In this document: positions 27,911-37,441 of the stretch, piece by piece
How positions within the stretch are numbered: position 1 is the stretch's first letter
Layout: every line of letters starts with the position of its first letter
NCBI GenBank assembly: GCA_021827745.1
Contig: JAKAUI010000037.1
Coordinates: 6,742 to 70,741 of the forward strand
DNA from: Bacillota bacterium
Lineage (GTDB): Bacteria > Bacillota > Sulfobacillia > JAJZYS01 > JAJZLH01
Direction: 5' to 3'
Length of the DNA: 64,000 nt
Position numbers and translations under genes: made by a program
Notes under the pieces: generated by a model
What the model was told of the DNA's origin: nothing
What the model saw: only the letters and a program-made list of their open reading frames with translations
Databases searched by the model: none

Positions 27911-29206
27911 ATGGGAGAGCGCTCGCACCAGTTGTATGAGAAGGCGGTCGCCTTGATGCCGGGCGGTGTGAACAGCCCGGTGCGCGCCTTTGGCGCCGTC
28001 GGCGGCGAGCCCTTCTTCACGGCGCGCTCAGCCGGGCCGTACCTATACACCGAAGACGGAGAGCGCCTCGTGGATTATGTCTCCTCCTGGGGGCCGCTGA
28101 TCCTCGGCCACGCCCATCCGGCCGTGGTGGCGGCCATCGCCCAGGCGGCCGCAGACGGCACCAGCTTTGGCACACCGTCCCGCCTTGAGGTCGAGCTGGC
28201 GGCACGCATCCACGCCGCCATGCCGGCCGTGGAGCGGATCCGGATGGTCAGCTCGGGGACGGAAGCGACGATGAGCGCCATCCGCCTGGCCCGAGCCGCC
28301 ACCGGACGGAGCCTGATCGTCAAGTTCATCGGCTGCTACCACGGCCACGTCGACGCCCTGATGGTGTCGGCCGGATCCGGGATGGCGACGTTGGGCATCC
28401 CGTCCAGCCCCGGCGTCACGGCGGCGGCCGTCTCGGACACGGTGGCCGTCCCTTACAACGACCTGGCGGCAGTCGCCGAGCTGTTCGACCAGCGCGGCGC
28501 TGAGGTGGCGGCCGTGATCGTGGAGCCGGTTGCTGGCAACATGGGTGTCGTGCCGCCGGTGGATGGCTTCTTGGACGGCCTGCGCCAGATCACGGCCGCG
28601 CACGGAGCCCTTCTGATCTTCGACGAGGTGATCACCGGTTTTCGAGTGGCCTACGGCGGGGCCCAGTCGCTGTGCGGCGTGCGCCCGGACCTCACCTGCC
28701 TCGGCAAGGTGATCGGCGGCGGTCTGCCGGTCGGAGCCTACGGCGGCCGCCGGGACCTGATGGCGATGGTGGCCCCTGAGGGAAAGGTGTATCAGGCCGG
28801 CACCTTGTCCGGCAATCCCCTGGCGATGGCGGCCGGAGCTGCCACGCTCGATCAGCTGGCGCTGCCGGATGCCTATCAGCGGCTGGAAGAGATGGCGATC
28901 ATGTTGGCCGATGGATTGGCCGAGGCGGCGAAAGCCAGCGGTGTGCCGCTGACGGTGAATCGGGCCTGGACCATCTTCACGACCTTTTTCAGCAGAACAC
29001 CGGTGCGGGATTTCTCGCAGGCGCAGGCCTGCTCTCTGGAGACCTACGCCCGCTACTTTCACGGCATGCTGGACCAAGGTGTGTTCGTGGCGCCGTCCCA
29101 GTTCGAGGCCATGTTTGTCTCTCTGGCCCACGACCCCGCCCTGATCAGCCGGACAGTGGCGGCGAGCCGCCAGGTGTTCGCTCGCCTGGCGGAGACTCAG
29201 TCCTAG
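27911..29206 (+). CDS. hemL: Glutamate-1-semialdehyde 2,1-aminomutase
   Basis: MPGGVNSPVRAF and GTFSGNPLAMAAG motifs; 431 aa. Confidence 0.9.
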   Translation: MGERSHQLYEKAVALMPGGVNSPVRAFGAVGGEPFFTARSAGPYLYTEDGERLVDYVSSWGPLILGHAHPAVVAAIAQAAADGTSFGTPSRLEVELAARIHAAMPAVERIRMVSSGTEATMSAIRLARAATGRSLIVKFIGCYHGHVDALMVSAGSGMATLGIPSSPGVTAAAVSDTVAVPYNDLAAVAELFDQRGAEVAAVIVEPVAGNMGVVPPVDGFLDGLRQITAAHGALLIFDEVITGFRVAYGGAQSLCGVRPDLTCLGKVIGGGLPVGAYGGRRDLMAMVAPEGKVYQAGTLSGNPLAMAAGAATLDQLALPDAYQRLEEMAIMLADGLAEAAKASGVPLTVNRAWTIFTTFFSRTPVRDFSQAQACSLETYARYFHGMLDQGVFVAPSQFEAMFVSLAHDPALISRTVAASRQVFARLAETQS

Positions 29207-30048
29207 GCCTGCAGCGTCGGGCCCGTAATCTCCTGTTCGAGCTGGGCGGCGACCTCGTCTGCCATCTCCACCGAGTGGGCGAGCGTGGGGAAGCTGCCGT
29301 CCGTCACGGCCTGGCGGTATGCCAGAAGCCCAGCCAGTGCCGTCTCGCCGACCTGGGCGAAGGCGTGGCTATGGCGCAGGCCGAGGTCCGGCATGGCCAG
29401 CAGGTCGTGCCAGACCAGCACCTGACCGGAGCAGCCGGGCCCGGCGCCGATGCCGATGGTCGGAACGTGCAGCTGGGCGGTGATCAAAGACGCCAGCCGG
29501 TGCGGCATCACCTCGAGCACGATGGCGAAGGCGCCGGCAGCCTCCAGATCGAGGGCGTCGGCGAGCACCAGGCGGGCGGCCTCGAGGGCGCGGCCCTGGG
29601 CCCGGCCGCTGCCCAGCGTGTGCACAGATTGCGGCGTGTAGCCGATGTGCCCCATCACCGGGATGCCGCACTCGACCATCTTCAGCACCGTCTCGGCCAC
29701 CCGGCTGCCGCCCTCCAGCTTGACGGCGGCGCAGCGCGCCTCCTTCATCAGGCGGCCGGCCGAGACGAGCGCCTGCTCGGTGGAGACCTGATAGCTCATA
29801 AACGGCATGTCGCCGATCACGAGGGCGTCTTGGGCCGCTCTCGCCACCATCTTGGTGTGGTAGATCACCTCGTCCAGGGTGACGCTGAGCGTGTCCGGAT
29901 AGCCCTGGACCACCTGGCCCAGAGAATCGCCCACCAAGATGGCGTCCACCCCGGCCTGATCGGCCAGCCGGGCAGACGGGTAGTCGTAGGCCGTGACCAC
30001 GCACAGGGGCTTGGGGCCGCGCACGAAGCGACGGACGGTCATCGGCAT
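29203..30048 (-). CDS. panB: 3-methyl-2-oxobutanoate hydroxymethyltransferase
   Basis: VVTAYDYPSARLADQAGVDAILVGDSLG and VKLEGG motifs. Confidence 0.9.
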   Translation of the reverse strand: MPMTVRRFVRGPKPLCVVTAYDYPSARLADQAGVDAILVGDSLGQVVQGYPDTLSVTLDEVIYHTKMVARAAQDALVIGDMPFMSYQVSTEQALVSAGRLMKEARCAAVKLEGGSRVAETVLKMVECGIPVMGHIGYTPQSVHTLGSGRAQGRALEAARLVLADALDLEAAGAFAIVLEVMPHRLASLITAQLHVPTIGIGAGPGCSGQVLVWHDLLAMPDLGLRHSHAFAQVGETALAGLLAYRQAVTDGSFPTLAHSVEMADEVAAQLEQEITGPTLQA

Positions 30049-30074
30049 CAGAAACTCCCTCCCGCGTGGTCTCT

Positions 30075-31058
30075 CTAGCGGATGTTCGCCCGTCTGACAC
30101 GTTCTCCCGCTTGCGGCCAGAACGGAGGCAGCGGCCAGTGGGTGCCGACCGTCCAGGTGCCGTCGTCATCAGGCGAAAACAGGTGGTCGAGCGTCATGGC
30201 CAGGAAGGCCAGCACCGCAGGCGGCCGTGGGGCGTCTTTGGGCGCGATCAGACAGGTGGTGCGGGCGAGATCGGCCAATCCCGCCACCGGCAGGGCGACC
30301 AGGCTGCCGGCGTCGAGCGCCTGCCGGACTGTGGTCAGAGGGACGAAGGCGGCGCCGAAGCCCAGTTGGACCATCGTTACCACAGCCTCCTGGCTGTCGA
30401 ACTCCAGGGCGACCTCGGGCGAGACGCCGGCCTGTTCCAGGGCGGCGTCGACGAAGGAGCGAAAGCGGGACGGAGCCTGATAGCCGACCTGCGGAAGCTG
30501 GCTCAAGGCCGATAGCGGGAGCGGGCTTGGCAGGTTTCGGGCCAGGGCCGGAGACGCCACCAGCACCACCGGGTCTCGGAACAAAGGGGTTGCGATCAGC
30601 CCACTGTGGCTGATGGGCACCGTGACGAAGCCGATATCCACATCGTTGGTCAAGACCCGCTCCACCGTCTCTTGAATCTGGCCGGTGCGGACATGCAGGC
30701 GAACCTTTGGCCAGCGGCTGGTGAAGGCGGCCAAAAGCGGCGGCAGCGTGTAGATGCTGAGCGCCGTCACCGACCCCACCCACAGATGGCCGCGGCCGGG
30801 GGTGTGCATGTCCCGGACCAGAACCTCAAGATCCGAGATGGTGGTGGAGACCCGCTTGGCGTAGGTGTAGACCAGCCGGCCCGAGGCGGTGGGGGAGACC
30901 TGGCGGCCGCGGCGGTCCAAGAGCAGCATGCCCAGCTCCTGCTCCAGCCGGGCGACCTGCTTGGTGACGGCCGGCTGACTGCGGTGCAGGACCCTGGCTG
31001 CCTTGGTGAAGCTCTCCTCTTCCACCACCCGGCAAAAGGCCAGCAGCTGATCCAGCAA
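30075..31058 (-). CDS. LysR-family transcriptional regulator
   Basis: HTH: FTKAARVLHRSQPAVTKQVARLEQELG; divergent from the korAB operon. Confidence 0.85.
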   Translation of the reverse strand: MLDQLLAFCRVVEEESFTKAARVLHRSQPAVTKQVARLEQELGMLLLDRRGRQVSPTASGRLVYTYAKRVSTTISDLEVLVRDMHTPGRGHLWVGSVTALSIYTLPPLLAAFTSRWPKVRLHVRTGQIQETVERVLTNDVDIGFVTVPISHSGLIATPLFRDPVVLVASPALARNLPSPLPLSALSQLPQVGYQAPSRFRSFVDAALEQAGVSPEVALEFDSQEAVVTMVQLGFGAAFVPLTTVRQALDAGSLVALPVAGLADLARTTCLIAPKDAPRPPAVLAFLAMTLDHLFSPDDDGTWTVGTHWPLPPFWPQAGERVRRANIR

Positions 31059-31087
31059 GCCGGCACCTCATTCCTTGGCGCTATGGA

Positions 31088-31130
31088 ACCGATACCTTGA
31101 TCGCATTTTCATTATAGGCGCCTGGAGTGT
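31088..31130. promoter_or_regulatory. AT-rich divergent promoter/LysR-operator region between the LysR gene and korA
   Basis: TTGATCGCATTTTCATTATAGGCGCCTGGAGTGTAGATTGG is the only AT-rich stretch for kilobases; holds -35/-10-like hexamers (TTCATT-N16-TAGATT) and T-N11-A-type spacing. Confidence 0.35.
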
Positions 31131-31167
31131 AGATTGGAGTCAGATTTGGACGCGAGGGGGCCCCGAC

Positions 31168-32919
31168 GTGGGCGAACTGGGCTGGAAGATCGGCGGCGAC
31201 CAGGGGGAGGGCATCGACTCCACCGGCGACGTGGTGGCCACCGTCGCCTGCCGTCTCGGCTACCACATCTATGGCTACAAGTCGTTCTCGTCTCGGATCA
31301 AGGGCGGGCACACCCACTACAAGGTGCGGATCGCCGACCATCCGGTGCGGGCGGCGAGCCCACACAGCGAGGTGCTGGTGGCGCTGACCCAGGAAACGAT
31401 CGACAAAAATGTGGCAGAGGTGCGTTCGGGCGGCGCCGTGGTCGCCGATGCCGCTTTTTCGCCGGCCTTGCCAGAGGGCTCGAAGTTGACCCTGATCAGC
31501 ATTCCGATGGCCCAGATCGCCCGCCAGATCGGCAATCCGCTGACCCGGAACATGGTGGCGGTGGGGGCGTCTGTGGCGCTGTTGCACCTGCCGATGGAGG
31601 CGTTTTCGGCCTATGTCGCTGAGAAGTTTGCAGCCAAGGGCGAACAGACGGTGCGCCAAAACCTGAGCGCGCTGCAAGAGGGTCACGCCGCCGCCCTGGC
31701 CCAGATGCCAGACGGGCTGGCCATGCAGCTGCCCAAGGTGGCGCCGTCCAAGAGGCTGTTGATCACCGGGAACCAGGCGGTGGCGCTGGGAGCGGTGCGG
31801 GCCGGCTGTCGGATCATGGCGGCCTACCCGATCACGCCGGCCACCGACATCATGGAGCAGCTGGTCACGCTCCTGCCGCGCTTTGGCGGCGTGGTCTGCC
31901 AGATGGAGGACGAGATCGCCGCCATCACGCTGGTGGTGGGCGCCTCGTACGCCGGGGTGCGGGCCATGACCGCCACCTCTGGGCCGGGATTCTCTTTGAT
32001 GCAAGAGGGGATGGGGTTGGCGGCCTCAGCCGAGGTGCCGGCCGTGATCGTGGACTGCCAGCGGGCGGGGCCCTCGACCGGCATGCCGACCAAGAACGAA
32101 CAGTCGGACATCATGGCGGCCATCTTCGGCGGCCACGGCGGGGCGGCTCGGGTGGTGCTGGCGCCGGGAACCCCGGAGCAGGCCTACCGCGACATCGGCC
32201 ATGCCTTCAATCTGGCTGAATCGTACCATCTGCCCGTGATCGTGGCGTCTGACCTGTCGCTCGGCGAGTGGCTGCAGACGATCGACGACCTGCCCCTGTC
32301 CGACATTTCGATCGAGCGCGGTCCGCTGGTCAGCGCAGCCGAACTTGAGGCTCCAGACGCTGCATTCAGCCGCTACCAGGTGACCGCCTCCGGCGTGTCG
32401 CCAAGGAGCCTTCCTGGCCAGGCCAAGGGCCAGTATCTGGCCACAGGCGTCGAACACCTGCCGTCCGGCAAGGTCTCGGAGGATCCGAAAAACCGCCAGC
32501 TGGAGATGGACAAGAGGGAGCGCAAGCTGGTCACCCTGAGTCAGCTCGAGTGCGGCACGGAGTATGTGGGACCAAAGCAGCCGGATCTTCTGGTCATCAC
32601 CTTCGGCTCCACGGTCGGGCCGGTGGACGAGGCGATCGCCATGGCCGAGTCGTCTGCCTCCGTGGGCCGGCTGCAGATTCGTCGGCTGTGGCCGTTTCCG
32701 ACGAGCGAGGTGCTTTTGGCTGCAGCAGCAGCCGGGGCCATCTTGTTCGTCGAACAAAACGCCCAGGGGCAGCTTTCTCAGCTGGCCGAGATGAGCGGGC
32801 TGCATCACCCGCGCACCACGCACCTGCGCCGCTACGACGGCACCTTGTTCCTGCCCGCAGAGATCCTGTCCGCCATCATGTCCGGCCGCCAGCTGGCGAC
32901 CACAGAGGGGGTGTCCTAA
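31168..32919 (+). CDS. korA: 2-oxoacid:ferredoxin oxidoreductase subunit alpha (KorA-like)
   Basis: GTG start; gamma-domain LGWKIGGDQGEGIDSTGDVV...SRIKGGHTHYKVRI followed by the alpha core (MAAYPITPATDIMEQL). Confidence 0.8.
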   Translation: MGELGWKIGGDQGEGIDSTGDVVATVACRLGYHIYGYKSFSSRIKGGHTHYKVRIADHPVRAASPHSEVLVALTQETIDKNVAEVRSGGAVVADAAFSPALPEGSKLTLISIPMAQIARQIGNPLTRNMVAVGASVALLHLPMEAFSAYVAEKFAAKGEQTVRQNLSALQEGHAAALAQMPDGLAMQLPKVAPSKRLLITGNQAVALGAVRAGCRIMAAYPITPATDIMEQLVTLLPRFGGVVCQMEDEIAAITLVVGASYAGVRAMTATSGPGFSLMQEGMGLAASAEVPAVIVDCQRAGPSTGMPTKNEQSDIMAAIFGGHGGAARVVLAPGTPEQAYRDIGHAFNLAESYHLPVIVASDLSLGEWLQTIDDLPLSDISIERGPLVSAAELEAPDAAFSRYQVTASGVSPRSLPGQAKGQYLATGVEHLPSGKVSEDPKNRQLEMDKRERKLVTLSQLECGTEYVGPKQPDLLVITFGSTVGPVDEAIAMAESSASVGRLQIRRLWPFPTSEVLLAAAAAGAILFVEQNAQGQLSQLAEMSGLHHPRTTHLRRYDGTLFLPAEILSAIMSGRQLATTEGVS

Positions 32920-32920
32920 G

Positions 32921-33796
32921 GTGGCAGAGACGATCACTCTCGCCGACATCAAGACCGACGAGAAGTCGTGGTGGTGCCCCGGCTGCGGCGACTTCGGCGT
33001 GCTGGCCGCCCTGCAGAAGGCGGTCGTCGACCTGCAGATCGCCCCGCACCAGATGGTGATGGTGGCCGGCATCGGCTGCTCGGGGAAGATCGGAAACTAC
33101 ATCAACTCGTACAACATCCACGTGGTGCACGGCCGCACCCTGCCCACCGCCATGGGCGTCAAGCTGGCCAACCGCGGGCTCACGGTGCTGGCGGTGGGCG
33201 GAGACGGAGACGGCTTTGCCATCGGCATGGGCCACTTCATCCACGCCTGTCGGCGCAACGTGGACGTCACCTACCTGACCATGGACAACCACATCTACGG
33301 GCTGACCAAGGGTCAGAACTCGCCGACGTCGGATCGCGGCGCCAAGGTGAAGACGGCGCCGGAGGGCTCGATCGAGGCTCCGGTGCGGCCGCTGCAGATG
33401 GCGCTGGCCTCAGGCGCCACCTGGGTGGGCCAGGGATTCAGCTCCAACCAGGCCGAGCTGGTCGAGCTGATCAAGAGCGCCATCGGACACCGCGGCTTTT
33501 CCTTTCTGAACGTGATCAGCCCGTGCGTCACCTACAACAAGGTGAACACCTACGCCTGGTACAAAGAGGTGCTCCACACGCTGAAGGCTGATGCGGCCTA
33601 CCGCACAGACGACCGCCAGGCGGCGATGGGGCGGGCGATGGAGACCGAGGAGCTGGTGACCGGGCTTCTGTTCGAAGACCGAGACGCCGTTGCCTATGAG
33701 GACCAGGTCGCCGGGTATCGGGATGAGCCCTTGACCGAACAGTCCTTGGATCTGAGCGCGGCTGAGTGGGAGGACGTGCTGGCCGAACTGCGCTGA
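32921..33796 (+). CDS. korB: 2-oxoacid:ferredoxin oxidoreductase subunit beta (TPP-binding)
   Basis: WCPGCGDFGV and GIGCSGK...GGDGDGFAIGMGHF are TPP-binding motifs. Confidence 0.85.
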   Translation: MAETITLADIKTDEKSWWCPGCGDFGVLAALQKAVVDLQIAPHQMVMVAGIGCSGKIGNYINSYNIHVVHGRTLPTAMGVKLANRGLTVLAVGGDGDGFAIGMGHFIHACRRNVDVTYLTMDNHIYGLTKGQNSPTSDRGAKVKTAPEGSIEAPVRPLQMALASGATWVGQGFSSNQAELVELIKSAIGHRGFSFLNVISPCVTYNKVNTYAWYKEVLHTLKADAAYRTDDRQAAMGRAMETEELVTGLLFEDRDAVAYEDQVAGYRDEPLTEQSLDLSAAEWEDVLAELR

Positions 33797-33883
33797 GCAC
33801 CGAATTGGCGGCAAAGGCGTAGAATGGGGGAGAACAACAAGCCAGTCGGCCCAGCCGGCGGCAGGGAGAAAGGGGAGAGCGAC

Positions 33884-35008
33884 ATGGAGGAAACGGTCGG
33901 TCGCGGCCTAGAGGACGTGGTGGTGGCAGAGTCGGACATCTGCTTCATCGACGGCCACGAGGGCAGGCTCCTGTACCGTGGCTACAATGTGGATGATCTG
34001 GCGGAGAAGGCCACCTATGAAGAGGTGGCCTATCTATTGTGGCATGGCCACCTGCCCAAGGCGGCCGAGCTGGCGTCCTTCACCCAGGCGATCGGTCGGG
34101 AGTCGTCGTTGCCGGCGGACGTGCTGGCCTTTTTGGCCGGGGTTCCGGCCGGGGCCACCCCGATGGAGGTGTTAAGAACAGCCGTTTCGATGCTGTCCTT
34201 GAGCGACCCCGCATCGGAGGAGATCAGCGACCAGGCGGACCGGATCAAGGCGCTGCGGCTTCTGGCCAAGACGCCAAGCATCGTCGCCGCCTTCGACCGG
34301 CTGCGCAATGGCAAGGAGCCGGTCAAGCCGCGCCCGGACTTTGGGCTCGCCAAGAACTTTTTGTACATGCTGCACGATGAGGCGCCCGTGGACGAGGACG
34401 CCCGCATCCTCGACGCCTGTCTGATCCTGCACGCCGACCACGAGCTGAACGCCTCCACCTTCGCCGCCCGGGTAACGGCCGGCACGCTGTCCGACATGTA
34501 CTCGGCGATCACCTCGGCCGTGGGTACCCTGAAGGGTCCGCTGCACGGGGGCGCCAACGAGCAGGTGATGCGCATGCTGCTCGAGATCGGGGCAGAGGAC
34601 AAGGTGGAGCCCTGGATCAAGGACGCGCTCGCCCACAAGAAGAAGATCTCCGGCTTCGGCCACCGCGTCTACCGGACGGAGGATCCGAGAGCCCGCCACC
34701 TGCGCGCCTTCTCCGAGGAGATCGGCACCCGGCGGGGCGACCTCAAGTACTTCCGCATGACCCAGAAGGTGGAGCAGACCGTGTTCGCCGAGAAGGGGCT
34801 CTACCTGAACGTCGACCTCTACTCCGGATCGGTCTACTACCAGATGGGCATCGCCATCGACCTGTTCACGCCGATCTTCGCCATTGCCCGCACCGCCGGA
34901 TGGACGGCGCACGTGATGGAGCAGCTGGCCCACAACCGACTGATCCGCCCCCGGGCCCAGTATGTGGGGCCCGAGCGCGAGCAGTGGGTTCCGCTCGAAA
35001 AGCGCTGA
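33884..35008 (+). CDS. gltA: Citrate synthase
   Basis: LILHADHELNASTFAARV, GPLHGGANE and GFGHRVYRTEDPRA are signature motifs; start at the ATG for MEETVG. Confidence 0.85.
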   Translation: MEETVGRGLEDVVVAESDICFIDGHEGRLLYRGYNVDDLAEKATYEEVAYLLWHGHLPKAAELASFTQAIGRESSLPADVLAFLAGVPAGATPMEVLRTAVSMLSLSDPASEEISDQADRIKALRLLAKTPSIVAAFDRLRNGKEPVKPRPDFGLAKNFLYMLHDEAPVDEDARILDACLILHADHELNASTFAARVTAGTLSDMYSAITSAVGTLKGPLHGGANEQVMRMLLEIGAEDKVEPWIKDALAHKKKISGFGHRVYRTEDPRARHLRAFSEEIGTRRGDLKYFRMTQKVEQTVFAEKGLYLNVDLYSGSVYYQMGIAIDLFTPIFAIARTAGWTAHVMEQLAHNRLIRPRAQYVGPEREQWVPLEKR

Positions 35009-35023
35009 TCGGCCGATCGCGGA

Positions 35024-35059
35024 GAAGGCCCCGGGCGCCCGCGCGCCAAAGGGGCCTTC
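35024..35059 (+). terminator. GC-rich hairpin between citrate synthase and lpd (terminator/attenuator candidate)
   Basis: GAAGGCCCC-N18-GGGGCCTTC (9-bp perfect stem), 16 nt after the gltA stop; no U-tract. Confidence 0.4.
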
Positions 35060-35082
35060 CCCTATGCTGAGGAGGAACGCGG

Positions 35083-36495
35083 ATGGCGGATTGTGACCTT
35101 CTGGTCCTGGGCGGCGGCACCGGCGGCTACGAGGCCGCCATCAGAGCGGCAGAGCTCGGTCTGAAGACCGTGATCGTCGAGGAGGACAAACTGGGCGGCA
35201 CCTGCCTGCACCAGGGCTGCATCCCGTCCAAGGCCCTGCTTCGGACGGCGGAGGTCTGGGCGCTCGCCAAGCAGGCGGGGGAGTTCGGCGTCGAACTCGA
35301 GGTCAAGGGCCTGGACTACCCTTTGGCCCACGCCAGAAAGCGGCAGATCGTCGAGCAGCTGCACAAGGGCGTCGAGGGCCTGGTCAAGCGGGCCGGAGTC
35401 ACCGTCTACCACGGCCATGGCGCCCTCCTGCCGCCGTCCATCTTCGCCCCGGCCGGAGCCGTGGCGGTGGAGGCCAAAGGTGCTGAGACCGAAATGATCT
35501 CGCCAGACAAGATCATCATCGCCACCGGCTCCCGGCCACGAGCCCTGCCCGGCCTGCCCTTCGACGGTGCGCGGGTGATCAGCTCGGACCATGCCCTGGT
35601 CCAGGAGACGCTGCCATCGTCGGTCGCCATCGTCGGCGCCGGCGCCATCGGCTGCGAGTGGGCGTCTTTGTACGCCGATCTCGGCGTTGCCGTCACCCTG
35701 ATCGAACTGGCAGACGAGGTGCTGCCGCTTGAGGACGAAGAGATCGCCCGGGTGGTGAACCGGGTGCTCAGTCGGCGCCAGGTCAAGATCCTGACTGCCG
35801 CGAGGGTGCTTGCGGAGACCTATGAGGCGGGTGCGGACGGCATCTCGATCGGCGTGGCGGTGGGCGACACGAAAGAGACCGTGAGCGCGAGCCAGCTTCT
35901 GGTCGCCGTAGGCAGGGCGCCTGTGACCGACGGATTTGGGTTGGAGAACAACCAGCGGGTCAAGGTGGGCACTGGCGGCATCGAGGTGGACGGCCGCTGC
36001 CGGACCGCCGATCCCAACATCTTCGCCATCGGGGACGTGATCGGCCATCTGCAGCTGGCGCATGTCGCCGTGTTGGAGGGGCTGACGGCCGTCGAGGAGA
36101 TCGTGGGCCTGAGCCCGGATCCGGTCGACTACGATCGGCTTCCCCGCTGCACCTACAGCCGGCCGGAGGTGGCCTCGGTCGGCCTGACCGAGCGTGCGGC
36201 CGCGGAGGGCGGACGCATGGTGTCGGTCGGCAAGAGCTACTTTCGGGCCAACGGCAAGGCCCTGATCAGCGGCGACAGCGAAGGGCTGGTCAAGGTGGTC
36301 TGCGATCGCGAGCGTGGCGACCTGCTCGGGCTGCACATCGTCGGCCCGCACGCCACCGACCTCTTGCAAGAAGGGGTGCTGGCCCGCTGGATGGACGGGA
36401 CCGTCTTCGACCTGGCGGCCACCACCCACGCCCATCCGACCTTGGTCGAGAGCATCCGTCAGGCGGCGCTGGCCGCCCAAGGCGATCGTGCTTAG
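35083..36495 (+). CDS. lpd: Dihydrolipoyl dehydrogenase
   Basis: DLLVLGGGTGGYEAAIRAAELG (FAD) and GGTCLHQGCIPSKALL (redox disulfide). Confidence 0.9.
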   Translation: MADCDLLVLGGGTGGYEAAIRAAELGLKTVIVEEDKLGGTCLHQGCIPSKALLRTAEVWALAKQAGEFGVELEVKGLDYPLAHARKRQIVEQLHKGVEGLVKRAGVTVYHGHGALLPPSIFAPAGAVAVEAKGAETEMISPDKIIIATGSRPRALPGLPFDGARVISSDHALVQETLPSSVAIVGAGAIGCEWASLYADLGVAVTLIELADEVLPLEDEEIARVVNRVLSRRQVKILTAARVLAETYEAGADGISIGVAVGDTKETVSASQLLVAVGRAPVTDGFGLENNQRVKVGTGGIEVDGRCRTADPNIFAIGDVIGHLQLAHVAVLEGLTAVEEIVGLSPDPVDYDRLPRCTYSRPEVASVGLTERAAAEGGRMVSVGKSYFRANGKALISGDSEGLVKVVCDRERGDLLGLHIVGPHATDLLQEGVLARWMDGTVFDLAATTHAHPTLVESIRQAALAAQGDRA

Positions 36496-37441
36496 AAAGA
36501 CCCTGATCGGCACCTTGGCGGCGCTTTGCCTCTTGGCGCTTTCTGCCTGCGGTCAGGCCAACACGGCGGTCCGGCAGTGGACGCTCACCTTGCCGCATGT
36601 AGCGGACCTGCAGGTGGTCGGCAGCCAGGTCGCTGTCAAGACCGGGTCGTCCCTTCTGGTCAGCGGCCTGTCCGCCTGGAAGCCCACGCAGTTGGCCATC
36701 AGCCCTGGGGAGTCCTGTGTGCTGAGCGGCGACGCCAAGGGCGACCTCGTCTGTCTGGTGCCTGCCCAGGGCGGCACCACAGTGCTGCTCCAGCCCCTGC
36801 ACGGCGTTGGGCTCTCGATCGCCGACCTGGTCCAGCCGGCTGCCGCCATGGTGGTCCGGTCGGATGCTGGCTTTGTGGTGGTGCAGATCACCATGGCCGA
36901 CGGCAGCCAACAGACGTTGGCCGTCGATCTGGCCAGTCAGGCGGTCTCCACCATCGCAGGGCCGCCGGTCCGTGCCATCGGCGTCGTCGGGTCAAGCTAT
37001 CTGGTCGAGTCGAGCGGCCTCAGCGGCAGCGCCTCTCTGGTTGCCGTCGCGCTGCCCAGCGGCACGGCGAAGACCCTGGCCGCACTGCCGGCTCCGCTGC
37101 TCGACCCGACGCTTTCTGGCAACTGGATCATTGGCTTTCCGCTGACGTCTCAGGCTTCGGCGCCCCGCTTTGACGCCTACAGCACGTCTGGAGGCCAGCT
37201 AGCGCACCTGGCGCTGCCGTCTGGGCTGCTCCTTCAGGCGCCCTACGCCGCGGGCCCCGGATATGTTCTGGTGCAGCGAAGCGGCATCTACAACGTCTTT
37301 TTGGCCCAATCCCAGACCATGGTCAGCCTGTCTCTCCCGGCCCAACGCAGCGATTTGATCGGAACGAACGGGCAGAACGCAGTCTACGTGCTGCAGGCAA
37401 AGACGCTGCACCTGGCTGAGATCCCCGCACAGACGCCCTAA
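36488..37441 (+). CDS. Putative lipoprotein (hypothetical)
   Basis: GTG start overlaps the lpd end; signal peptide plus lipobox LLALSAC; Ser/Gly/Leu-rich beta-type sequence. Confidence 0.5.
   Translation: MLRKTLIGTLAALCLLALSACGQANTAVRQWTLTLPHVADLQVVGSQVAVKTGSSLLVSGLSAWKPTQLAISPGESCVLSGDAKGDLVCLVPAQGGTTVLLQPLHGVGLSIADLVQPAAAMVVRSDAGFVVVQITMADGSQQTLAVDLASQAVSTIAGPPVRAIGVVGSSYLVESSGLSGSASLVAVALPSGTAKTLAALPAPLLDPTLSGNWIIGFPLTSQASAPRFDAYSTSGGQLAHLALPSGLLLQAPYAAGPGYVLVQRSGIYNVFLAQSQTMVSLSLPAQRSDLIGTNGQNAVYVLQAKTLHLAEIPAQTP

Noticed and set aside
35062-36513. 483-aa minus-strand ORF
   Set aside because: Antisense to dihydrolipoyl dehydrogenase, which has unambiguous FAD and redox-disulfide motifs.
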